64,000 bases of DNA from positions 1-64,000 of the forward strand of contig JBBCKI010000018.1 in assembly GCA_037190965.1 (NCBI GenBank), given 5' to 3'. The stretch comes from Chthoniobacteraceae bacterium. GTDB lineage: Bacteria > Verrucomicrobiota > Verrucomicrobiia > Chthoniobacterales > Chthoniobacteraceae. Positions 10,085 to 18,923 of this stretch are shown here, one piece after another. Within the stretch, counting starts at the first letter, position 1. Every line of letters begins with the position of its first letter. The translations under genes and the position numbers were made by a program. The notes beneath the pieces are model-generated. The model saw only the letters and a list, made by a program, of their open reading frames with translations. It was not told the origin of the DNA and did not search any database.

Positions 10085-10957
10085 GTGCGAAGGTTTTGCC
10101 ATTTTTTATTGATCGCTTTATGCGGAGTGGGGTTGTCGACGGTGCGGGGGGCGCAAGCGGTCTCCGGGGAAGATGCGAACCTTTCCGCTCATGGCCGGCG
10201 TGCGTTGGCGATCGCCCCGGAGAGTTGGATTCGCGATGAGACGGAGCACTTCGTCCTGCATTTCGCCCACGGCTTTATCGGAGGCCCCGTTGCGGTTGAG
10301 GCCGAGTTTTACTACCGGGTTATCACGGCGGAGCTTGAGATCGATCCCGCCAAGTCGCCCAGTAAGCAAAAGAGCCATATTTACATTTTTGAAACAGCGG
10401 AGGGGTGGCGGGAGTTCATCCAATCGGCCAGTCTGGAAGAGTGGACCGGTGCCGTTTCCATCGGGAACGATCTTTTTCTGCCGCGCTTCCCCGAGTTCAA
10501 GTTTAAGGGCAATGCGTTGGGGCATGAGGTCGCGCACCTTCTTGTGCGCCGGCATTTGGGCAATGCCCTCCCTCTCTGGCTTTCGGAAGGGTACGCCGAG
10601 GACGTTTCCGTCCGGGCTTACGCGGCGTTTTTCCGGGCGCGCGGTTATCGCGCCAAGCCCCGAACTCTGATGGTGGCAAATCCGATGCCTCTCGCCGAGT
10701 TGACGCAATATACGGTGTATCCTGCCGCATCCCGGGTTATTGATTTCTACCGGCAATCACGTCAGCTTACCCGGTTTTTGCAAGGAGAGACGACCAAGCC
10801 TCAGTTTGCAAAGTTCCTGCGCTTGATGGCCGGAGGGGAGCCGCTGGAGAGCGCGTTGCGCACGGTGTACGGTGCGCGCTGGTTGGGTTTAGCGGGCTTG
10901 GAGCGGGATTTTCAAAAGAAGTACGCCTCGCTCCTGGGCGACGGCGATGAGGAATAG
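10085..10957 (+). CDS. Secreted putative gluzincin (peptidase MA-like) protein
   Basis: Signal-like N-terminus; ETEHF, HEVAH followed by PLWLSEG. Confidence 0.65.
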   Translation: MRRFCHFLLIALCGVGLSTVRGAQAVSGEDANLSAHGRRALAIAPESWIRDETEHFVLHFAHGFIGGPVAVEAEFYYRVITAELEIDPAKSPSKQKSHIYIFETAEGWREFIQSASLEEWTGAVSIGNDLFLPRFPEFKFKGNALGHEVAHLLVRRHLGNALPLWLSEGYAEDVSVRAYAAFFRARGYRAKPRTLMVANPMPLAELTQYTVYPAASRVIDFYRQSRQLTRFLQGETTKPQFAKFLRLMAGGEPLESALRTVYGARWLGLAGLERDFQKKYASLLGDGDEE

Positions 10958-11007
10958 GCAATTGCGCCGCGCCGGTAAAAAAGCTAATAATTTGCGCCTG
11001 AAGGTTT

Positions 11008-11171
11008 AACCTGAATTCCGAAGTTGCTCGCGGCGATCTTGCGCAACCTCTTGGGCATAAACGGCATCGTCGAAGACTCACCGTATCGAAGATACGGCTG
11101 CGCTTCTCCTCAACCGTTTCTGCACCAAGATTTTGCACAAGCTCATCCGCTCCAACATCGGAATTCAGGTT
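11008..11171. repeat. MITE-like long imperfect palindrome (family B, copy 1)
   Basis: Ends AACCTGAATTCCGA / TCGGAATTCAGGTT with arms pairing over ~55 nt; homologous copy at 22414-22543. Confidence 0.8.
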
Positions 11172-11188
11172 TGAAGGCCGTCTCCCCC

Positions 11189-12079
11189 ATGAAAAGCTTG
11201 TTTTCCCTGATGCTCGGCGCGGCTGTTTCCGCGATTTTGGCGATGCCGGTGACCGGCCGGACGCAGGACTCGCCGCCGCCGCGTGAAGTCCGGCTGGTTG
11301 AGAAAAAGTTCGACCAGCTTGTTGACCGCGAGATCGATACACTTGGAAAGCAGGCGTTCAACATCGCGCCTGATAAATGGAAACACGCGGAGACGGAAAA
11401 CTTCATCATCCACTACCGGCGAGCCACTGAGGCACAGCGGGTGGTTCGGGAGATCGAGTACAACCTTTGGTTTGTCGCGAAATCCCTCGGCGCGGGCAAA
11501 GACCGCTACGCGAAGAAGTCGCACGTTTACATTTTTCATGGCCGGGGCGAATGGCGGAGTTTTCTTTCGGACACCAACAGTCCCCAGTGGTTTGGGAGCT
11601 TTGCGTATGGGGATGACCTCTTTCTCCATGTAGGCGGTCCCGGGGAGGAGTTCGATTCCCATGGGCTCGCGCATGAGACGACCCATGCCGTCGTGGCCCG
11701 GCTTTATCCCGGGAAACGGTGGCCCCTTTGGTTGAACGAAGGGTTCTCCGAATACATGGGAGGCGCCAGCGTGGCTGCCCGCAAACAGCAGTATATCAAA
11801 GGGCTTCAGCGCGATCTGAGCGACGCGGATCTCACCTTCGAGGAACTGGTCGCGATGAGCGAGTATCCCTCCGACGAGAAACAGATTGCCCAGCTCTATC
11901 GGAGCAGCGAGCGTGTGGTCCGTTTCCTGATGACGAAATTTCCCAAGGATCGGATTGCCCGCTTTGTCGAATCCACCCTCGCGGGAAATGATTTTCAAAA
12001 AGCGGTCATTGAGGTTTACGGAGATCAAGTGAAGGATTTCGACGAGTTCCGAAAGCTCTACGGACGGTTTGAAAAATAG
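11189..12079 (+). CDS. Secreted putative gluzincin (peptidase MA-like) protein, paralog of upstream gene
   Basis: Start MKSLFS with signal peptide; ETENF, KSHVYIF, HETTH...PLWLNEG. Confidence 0.68.
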   Translation: MKSLFSLMLGAAVSAILAMPVTGRTQDSPPPREVRLVEKKFDQLVDREIDTLGKQAFNIAPDKWKHAETENFIIHYRRATEAQRVVREIEYNLWFVAKSLGAGKDRYAKKSHVYIFHGRGEWRSFLSDTNSPQWFGSFAYGDDLFLHVGGPGEEFDSHGLAHETTHAVVARLYPGKRWPLWLNEGFSEYMGGASVAARKQQYIKGLQRDLSDADLTFEELVAMSEYPSDEKQIAQLYRSSERVVRFLMTKFPKDRIARFVESTLAGNDFQKAVIEVYGDQVKDFDEFRKLYGRFEK

Positions 12080-12131
12080 AAACCCGGTTTGCCTTGCCTC
12101 GCGGGCTTGTCCTGCGGAAAGTTAAAGACCG

Positions 12132-13277
12132 ATGTCAGCCGCCGCTCCTCGAAAAAAAGCCTCCGCCAACGCCAATGCCGTGCAGGCCGTGGTGGGCTCC
12201 GATGAATCGGAAGTCAAACGGGTTGCCCGCGAACTCTCCGTGGAGATGGCGCCCGAGGCGGCGGGAGATCTTGGTTGCGAGGTGATCGACGGCGTCGCGG
12301 AGAACGCGGAGCAGGCGGTAATTCGCGTTCATCAAACGGTCGATGCGCTCTTGACGCTGCCGTTCTTTGGCGGAGAAAAACTGGTCTGGCTCAAGAACGC
12401 GAGCTTTGTGGGCGACAGCGTGACGGGGCGGGCGGCATCCGTGATCGAGGCGCTCGAGAAGCTGACGGATGTTCTCTCCGGCGGGTTGCCTGCGGGAATT
12501 CGTTTTCTATTGAGCGCGCCCGAAATCGACAAGCGGCGTTCATTTTACAAGACACTCGGGAAAGTCGCGAAGGTCCAGGTTTTCGACAAAGTCGACGCCA
12601 GTCGTGCGGGGTGGGAGGAAGCGGCCGAGGAGACCGTTCGCGCGCGGGCGGAGGGGATGGGGTTGCGCCTTCGGGGCGAGGCATTGGAGCTGTTCGTACT
12701 TTTGACGGGAGGCGATTCCCGGCAGATCGATAATGAGCTCGAAAAGCTCGATCTTTATCTCGGGGAAGCCCGCCGAGAGGTCACCTCGGCCGATGTGAGG
12801 CTGATGGTGCCCGCATCAAAGGCGGGGGTTATTTTCGAGTTGGGTAACGCGCTTGCGGCGCGCGATCTCAACCAGGCGCTTGGGCTCGTGGAGCAGCTTC
12901 TGTTTCAGGGAGAGACCGCAGTGGGGATTTTGCTGGTCGCGGTGATCCCGACGGTTCGCAACCTGCTTCTCGCCAAGGATCTGATGGTTCGCCATCGCCT
13001 GTCGCGTCCGGCGATGCCTTTCCATTTTACGGGAACCCTTAACCGTCTGCCGCCGCAGGCGACGGCTCATCTCCCTCGCAAGAAGGACGGTACGCTCAAT
13101 ACCTATGCCCTCGGGATTGCCGCGACGGGGGCTCACCGTTACGAACTCGCGGAACTGACCGGCGCGCTGGAGGCGTGTCTGGAAGCCAACGTGGCTTTGG
13201 TGACCAGTGGGCTGGAAGCGCGAACGGTATTGACGGAACTGGTGGTCCGGATTGCCGCACCGAAGGGGGGCGGGTAG
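12132..13277 (+). CDS. holA: DNA polymerase III delta subunit
   Basis: LTLPFFGGEKLV, IDKRRSFYK, NELEKLDLY, IFELGNAL pattern. Confidence 0.85.
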   Translation: MSAAAPRKKASANANAVQAVVGSDESEVKRVARELSVEMAPEAAGDLGCEVIDGVAENAEQAVIRVHQTVDALLTLPFFGGEKLVWLKNASFVGDSVTGRAASVIEALEKLTDVLSGGLPAGIRFLLSAPEIDKRRSFYKTLGKVAKVQVFDKVDASRAGWEEAAEETVRARAEGMGLRLRGEALELFVLLTGGDSRQIDNELEKLDLYLGEARREVTSADVRLMVPASKAGVIFELGNALAARDLNQALGLVEQLLFQGETAVGILLVAVIPTVRNLLLAKDLMVRHRLSRPAMPFHFTGTLNRLPPQATAHLPRKKDGTLNTYALGIAATGAHRYELAELTGALEACLEANVALVTSGLEARTVLTELVVRIAAPKGGG

Positions 13278-13456
13278 TACGCTCGCGGTTTGCCTTGCGC
13301 TTTTCGCTGAAGGCATAGGGTATGCCTTGTCTGTTCTCAAATCATCTCGGCTCAGGATCTTGTGCCAGCTCACCCCCTCCAATTGCCGTTTTTAGATAAT
13401 TCTCCCTTTTTAGTTTTCAATCTTCTTGCGAAGGCTCTAAAACGCATCCCAATCCT

Positions 13457-14410
13457 ATGGCTTCTCAGTCCCCAAAGTTGACTTCTGTTGTAACCGGAGG
13501 TGCCGGTTTTCTTGGTTCGCACCTTACTGATCGCCTTCTTGCCGAAGGGCATCGCGTCATCGGAATCGATAACTTCATCACGGGAAGCCGGGCCAATATC
13601 GAACACCTGAGCGGCAATGTGGACTACCGTTTCGTGCAGCAGGATGTGACTCAGTACATCCTCGTGGATGAGGAGGTGGACTTCGTTTTTCATTTCGCCT
13701 CTCCCGCCAGTCCCATCGATTATCTTGAGCACCCGATCCCGACGTTAAAGGTCGGCGCGCTCGGCACGCATAACACCCTTGGCCTCGCCAAAGCCAAGAA
13801 GGCGCGGTTCCTCATCGCTTCCACCAGCGAATGCTACGGGGATCCGCTGGTGCATCCGCAGACTGAGGATTACTGGGGCAACGTCAATCCCATCGGGCCT
13901 CGCGGCGTGTATGACGAGGCCAAGCGTTTCGCGGAGGCCATGACAATGGCTTACCATCGCTATCATCACGTCGATACCAAGATCGTCCGCATCTTCAATA
14001 CCTATGGCCCCCGCATGAGGCTGCGCGACGGCCGCGTTGTTCCCGCCTTCATCGGGCAGGCGTTGAGCGGGGAGCCTCTGACCATCTTCGGTGACGGTTC
14101 GCAGACGCGTTCTTTCTGCTACGTGAGCGACCTGATTGACGGGATCTATCGTCTGGCGCTTTCGGATTTCCATGAGCCGGTGAACATCGGCAACCCGAGG
14201 GAGATGACCATCAAGCAGTTTGCCGAGGAGATTCTTCGGATCACCGGCAGCAAATCGGGCATTGAATACCGGCCTCTCCCGGTGGACGACCCGAAGGTGC
14301 GCCAACCCGATATCACGCGTGCCAAGAAAGTGCTCGGGTGGGAGCCTCAGGTGTCTTTCGAGGACGGGATCAAAACCACCATCGATTATTTCCGCCCCCG
14401 GATTTCATAA
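13457..14410 (+). CDS. UDP-glucuronate decarboxylase (SDR family)
   Basis: [60 protein letters not shown]. Confidence 0.93.
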   Translation: MASQSPKLTSVVTGGAGFLGSHLTDRLLAEGHRVIGIDNFITGSRANIEHLSGNVDYRFVQQDVTQYILVDEEVDFVFHFASPASPIDYLEHPIPTLKVGALGTHNTLGLAKAKKARFLIASTSECYGDPLVHPQTEDYWGNVNPIGPRGVYDEAKRFAEAMTMAYHRYHHVDTKIVRIFNTYGPRMRLRDGRVVPAFIGQALSGEPLTIFGDGSQTRSFCYVSDLIDGIYRLALSDFHEPVNIGNPREMTIKQFAEEILRITGSKSGIEYRPLPVDDPKVRQPDITRAKKVLGWEPQVSFEDGIKTTIDYFRPRIS

Positions 14411-14544
14411 GGACGTCTTGAAAGACGGGGAACCGGCGCGCATTAATCGTTTCACGACAAAGCGTTAGCCAGAAAAAATCCTACTTTTCCTTTGCGTTCA
14501 ACTAAAACATGGCCTTTAATTCCCTCAGCTAATCTCCCCCAGAA

Positions 14545-15111
14545 ATGAAAAAGCTTGCGCTCTTCGCGTTGACGTTGCTCGCCGCAGCGGCTCCCGTATT
14601 CTCTGCTGCGTCGGAATTCGACATCAAAAAAGTCGATGTTTCGTTCGTCTTCACTCCTGAATATACTGTGAGCCCGCCCGTGAAGCAGGTGCGTTCCCAA
14701 AAATGGATGGCTGTGGAAGTCACTTTCGATGCCAAGCCTGATTTTACGGACGAACTGACCTTCAACTATTACGTCCTTTTCGCGAAGCGGTTGTTCGTGG
14801 GGCAGGTAAACCATGTTTCAATCCAGAAGGGGCGCGAGCTTCACTCCGTGGCCTATATTTCTCCAAAGGCAATCACCCAGATTCTGGGTGGACGCCAGCC
14901 CACTGCCTCGGATCTCGAGAATGTCACGGTGACAATCTCCAAGCCGGGGATTTCCACTCCGATTGCGGAAGGAAGTTTCAAACCCTCCAGGGGGGCATGG
15001 TGGGGGACGATGAAGGCTGAACCTGGTTTTGTGGTGAACAAAAGCGAAACTCCCTTTGCGCCTCTCTCCTGGGATTATTACGAGGCTCTCAAGCCTTCTT
15101 CACAGCGATAA
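14545..15111 (+). CDS. Amuc_1102-like pilus-system protein
   Basis: Signal peptide; WMAVEV...KSETPFAPLSWDYYE C-terminus; first gene of the conserved five-gene cluster (recalled synteny). Confidence 0.7.
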   Translation: MKKLALFALTLLAAAAPVFSAASEFDIKKVDVSFVFTPEYTVSPPVKQVRSQKWMAVEVTFDAKPDFTDELTFNYYVLFAKRLFVGQVNHVSIQKGRELHSVAYISPKAITQILGGRQPTASDLENVTVTISKPGISTPIAEGSFKPSRGAWWGTMKAEPGFVVNKSETPFAPLSWDYYEALKPSSQR

Positions 15112-15120
15112 GTCGGGATC

Positions 15121-16833
15121 ATGGCATCTCCTCAACGCATCCTCAGCCTGAGCCTCGGCTCTCAGATGGTCAGGCTGGCCGAGTTCCGGTCTGACAATCG
15201 CGGCGGCCTAATTCTCACAGCGTACCGAACTTCCGAGCTTCTCGCCGATCCTGCCACGGACGCGACGCGCGTCAGTCAGACCGCCATCGCCGTTCAGGAA
15301 TTGGTCGGCGAGCTTAAGGTCTCCGGGAAGGTCAACTACGCCATCCCTGCCCAGTCGGTCTTTACCCGTTTCATCAAGCTTCCGTCCGTGGGCGAGGAGA
15401 AGGTGGAGCAGATCGTCGAATTCGAGGCACAGCAGAACGTGCCGTTCCCGATTGATGAGGTCGTCTGGGATTATCAGTTGGTCTCTTCCAGCGATCCGGG
15501 AAAACTCGAAGTCGTTCTGGTCGCAATCAAGTCCGATCTTCTCGAAGAGCTCAACGGAGCGGTGGAAGGCGCAGGCCTGCAGACGGCGGTGGTCGATGTC
15601 GCGCCGATGGCGCTCTACAACGCCTTCCGTTATAACTACAGCGAGGTCAGTGGATGTTCGCTGCTTGTGGATATCGGCGCGCGCACGACGAACCTGGTTT
15701 TCGTCGAGAACAAGAAAGTCTTCTCCCGTTCGATTCCGATCGGCGGCAATACGATCACGGCAGCCATCGCCAAGGATTTCAATGAACCCTTCGGTGCCGC
15801 CGAAGAGCGCAAAAAGCGTCAGGGGTTCGTTAGTCTCGGGGGAGCTTACGCCGATCCCGACGATGCTGAAGTTGCCCGGGTCTCCAAGGTCATCCGAAAT
15901 ACGATGACCCGCTTGCATGCGGAGATTTCCCGTTCGATTTCTTTCTATCGCTCGCAACAGGGCGGCAGCCAGCCCGAGGGGGTCTTCCTTTGCGGCGGAG
16001 CGGTTGCGATGCCCTACATGAGGGAGTTTTTCAGCGAGAAGCTGGCGTTGCCGATCGAGTTTTTCAACCCGCTTCGTAACGTCGCCGTCGGTGGTAATAT
16101 CGACTCTGTGGCGATTGGGCGGGATGCCCATCTCCTCGGGGAACTCGTTGGGCTCGGGTTGCGTAGCGGCAGCGAATGCCCGATGGAGTTGAGTTTGCGT
16201 CCCGCAAGTGTGGTCAGCGCTCAGGAGATGGCCGCCCGGGTGCCTTTTCTGGCAATCGCGGGAGTCTGTCTGTTGGCATCTCTTGGGGGGTGGTGGTATT
16301 ACCTCAACCAGGGGGCGGCGATCTATGAAGCCGTGAATACCCAACTGGAGCCGAAGATCAACGGACTCCAGAGTTTCGAAGGGAAGCTCAAGGCAGCGAA
16401 CGACGCGATCAAGGCCAAGCAAGCCGCGGCCCAACCGCTCCTCCAGGCTGTATCGGAGCGGGAATACTGGATAAAGTTGATCGAAGATCTCAATGCCCGC
16501 CTTCCGGCCCGATCTATTTGGATTACCTCGCTTGAGATAGGGGATCCAAAAGCGGAGAAGCCAGGCGCGAGAAGCACTCCGGCGCCAGCCAAAGGGCAGG
16601 CGCAGACTGCACCCTCCGGTCCAACATTGATTGTCAAGGGACTCTATCTCTCAAACGACCAGAGGGGCGGGATTGTTGATGAGTTTGCCAAGGCGCTGGC
16701 TGAGTCACCGTTTTATTCGATCGATTTGAACAAGAAAAACGAGTTCAACCCCATTCGTGGAACTCAGAACGATACGGAGTGGACCTTTGAGTATGTTCTC
16801 CACCTCCCGTTGAAACAGCCGATTGCCCAATGA
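15121..16833 (+). CDS. pilM: PilM-like pilus assembly protein with fused PilN-like C-terminus (Amuc_1101-like)
   Basis: VFTRFIKLP, EAQQNVPFPIDEVVWDY, VDIGARTT, IGGNTIT, LCGG, FFNP; then a TM helix and periplasmic coiled coil. Confidence 0.85.
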   Translation: MASPQRILSLSLGSQMVRLAEFRSDNRGGLILTAYRTSELLADPATDATRVSQTAIAVQELVGELKVSGKVNYAIPAQSVFTRFIKLPSVGEEKVEQIVEFEAQQNVPFPIDEVVWDYQLVSSSDPGKLEVVLVAIKSDLLEELNGAVEGAGLQTAVVDVAPMALYNAFRYNYSEVSGCSLLVDIGARTTNLVFVENKKVFSRSIPIGGNTITAAIAKDFNEPFGAAEERKKRQGFVSLGGAYADPDDAEVARVSKVIRNTMTRLHAEISRSISFYRSQQGGSQPEGVFLCGGAVAMPYMREFFSEKLALPIEFFNPLRNVAVGGNIDSVAIGRDAHLLGELVGLGLRSGSECPMELSLRPASVVSAQEMAARVPFLAIAGVCLLASLGGWWYYLNQGAAIYEAVNTQLEPKINGLQSFEGKLKAANDAIKAKQAAAQPLLQAVSEREYWIKLIEDLNARLPARSIWITSLEIGDPKAEKPGARSTPAPAKGQAQTAPSGPTLIVKGLYLSNDQRGGIVDEFAKALAESPFYSIDLNKKNEFNPIRGTQNDTEWTFEYVLHLPLKQPIAQ

Positions 16834-17681
16834 ACGCGGCTCCCAATAAATTCCTCATCGGTTTCGGCGTTGTCATGCTCATCGGGTGCGGCGGCCTCGG
16901 ATATATGATTTCACAGGCAGCTGGACGCTATAGCGAAGCCCACACCAAGTATGAGCAGAGCGCGGTGTCATACAATCGGCTGAGAGGGCTCCCACTATAC
17001 CCTGATGCCGCAAATCTCAAGCTGCTCGACGACCAGAAGGCCGTGGCCCTGGACGCCGCTGAAACGCTTCGGCAGAAGCTGGAGCCGATGGCGTTCGCTC
17101 TGGAAGCGATTACTCCCGAGCAATTCCAGGACAAGCTGCGCGCTTCGGTGTCGGCGTTGAACCAAAGGAGCGCTGAAGCGGGCGTGAAAATGCCCGAGAA
17201 GTTTTATCTCGGTTTCGATCAGTACCAGAGCCAGCCGCCGAAGGCGGAAGCAGCAGCCCCCTTGTGGCGGCAGCTTAAGGCCATTGAGATGGTCGTGACG
17301 ACGTTGATCGACAACAAGGTTGACGTGATCACCACCATCCAACGGACTCCGCTTCCCGAAGAGGCGGGTGGAAAAGCCTCTGCCGATCTGGTTTCGAAGT
17401 TTCCTTTTGAGGTTCAGTTTACCGCCGATCAAGGAAACTTCAGGAAGGGACTCAATGAGATCGTAAAGAACAACAAACAGTTCTTCATCACCCGGTCGGT
17501 CGTCATCAAAAACGCCAACGACAAGACAACGCCCAAGGCAGTTGAATCTGCCACGGCGCCCGAGGCATCCAGTAAAGAAAACCAGAAGGAACCTGCGCTT
17601 CAGTACATCGTAGGAACGGAAAAAATCAACGTCTCGCTCCGCCTGGAAATGGTGGTGTTTGCTAACTCATTTCCGAAATAG
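16830..17681 (+). CDS. Amuc_1100-like pilus protein (PilO-like position)
   Basis: N-terminal TM, coiled coil, FQDKLR...FYLGFDQY, VGTEKI; position between the PilM-like and Amuc_1099-like genes. Confidence 0.75.
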   Translation: MNAAPNKFLIGFGVVMLIGCGGLGYMISQAAGRYSEAHTKYEQSAVSYNRLRGLPLYPDAANLKLLDDQKAVALDAAETLRQKLEPMAFALEAITPEQFQDKLRASVSALNQRSAEAGVKMPEKFYLGFDQYQSQPPKAEAAAPLWRQLKAIEMVVTTLIDNKVDVITTIQRTPLPEEAGGKASADLVSKFPFEVQFTADQGNFRKGLNEIVKNNKQFFITRSVVIKNANDKTTPKAVESATAPEASSKENQKEPALQYIVGTEKINVSLRLEMVVFANSFPK

Positions 17682-17683
17682 AT

Positions 17684-18634
17684 ATGAACTGGATCAAGCT
17701 CAACTACGACCGGTTCGTATTGCTGGTTGCCGCAGCAGGGCTGCTTGGGTCATCGGCATTCGTGATCACGAAGTCCACCCAGTTTCCATCCCTCTTCTCT
17801 GAGGTGGAGAAGCAGATTGCACCCGGTAAAAAAGTGGTGCCGGCAGAAGTGACGGCGCTTGAAGACGCAAAGAACCTCCTTGATCAGCCGGCCTCCTGGC
17901 AGGCTTCTCATCCCGGGTCACTGTTCGTTTCTCGGCGTTACCTCGTTATTAACGGGGAACTCGTCGACCCCACGGAAAAAAGCGGAAAGCTTCATCCGCC
18001 CGTGGAGAATAGTTGGTTGACGGACCACGGTCTTGATCTTCTTAATCCAAATATTCTGAACGAGGATCCCGATGGCGACGGATTCACCGTCCTTGACGAA
18101 TATATCGCCAAGACCGATCCCAACGACAAGGCATCGCATCCCGCTTACAGCACCAAACTTCGCCTGAAGCAATACATCAGGCGGCCCTTCCGGTTGATGT
18201 TTGCGGCGTATGATGACGACAGCTTCCAGATCAACACGCTTGATTTGAAGCAGCCCAGCCAATTCCTGAACCTCGGCCAGGACATCGCCGGGACGAAGTT
18301 CAAAGTTTTGAAGTTTGAGAAAAAGAGTCAGTACAATGCCGCTATCCAGATGGAAGAGGACGTTTCGGAACTGACCATCCAGCATAACGAGACTCAGGAG
18401 GAAGTTGTTCTGGTGCTCCGCAAGGTGGTCGATTCTCCAGATTCCTTTGCTCACTTCAAGTTCATCTGGGATGGCAGCGAGTTCCGGGTCAAGAAGGACG
18501 GGAAGTTTGCCCTGAAGGTAGAACCCAAGGTTGAATACAAACTCATTGACATCAACGAAGCTGAGGCCGTAATAACAAACATCGGTACAGAAGAACGAAT
18601 CAAAGTCCCCCGCCTTGAAGCCCCCGGCCACTAG
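17684..18634 (+). CDS. Amuc_1099-like pilus-system protein
   Basis: MNWIKLNYDR TM start, HPPVENSW, DPDGDGFT..EY...TDPND Ca-binding-like repeat; synteny. Confidence 0.72.
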   Translation: MNWIKLNYDRFVLLVAAAGLLGSSAFVITKSTQFPSLFSEVEKQIAPGKKVVPAEVTALEDAKNLLDQPASWQASHPGSLFVSRRYLVINGELVDPTEKSGKLHPPVENSWLTDHGLDLLNPNILNEDPDGDGFTVLDEYIAKTDPNDKASHPAYSTKLRLKQYIRRPFRLMFAAYDDDSFQINTLDLKQPSQFLNLGQDIAGTKFKVLKFEKKSQYNAAIQMEEDVSELTIQHNETQEEVVLVLRKVVDSPDSFAHFKFIWDGSEFRVKKDGKFALKVEPKVEYKLIDINEAEAVITNIGTEERIKVPRLEAPGH

Positions 18635-18923
18635 AGTCACCAGATCGTCGCTCTCCACAGCGCGAGAGGCGCGCCTGGTGTCTGGCGTTTGTTTTGAAAC
18701 GTTCGATGTCTGAAGATTCCCCAACCCTGCCCAAGCATAAAATCCCCCAGCCAAATCCCCTGCCTGTAGCGTAAACACCGCCAAAATCCCCCAACTCCCA
18801 AGCCGTCAGAAGTCTAACGCTCAGCCGTTAAGACAAGCCCAAGTAGAAAGCCCGGATCGGCAATCGAAACAGCATTCCGATCCGGCCTAGTATTTTCGAC
18901 AATACCCCCGTAAAGCACTAACT

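Noticed and set aside
11024..11188. N-terminal extension of the 351-aa ORF
   Set aside because: Reads through the MITE-like palindrome; the signal peptide begins at ATG 11189.
15208..16434. 408-aa minus-strand ORF
   Set aside because: Shadow of the pilM-like gene.
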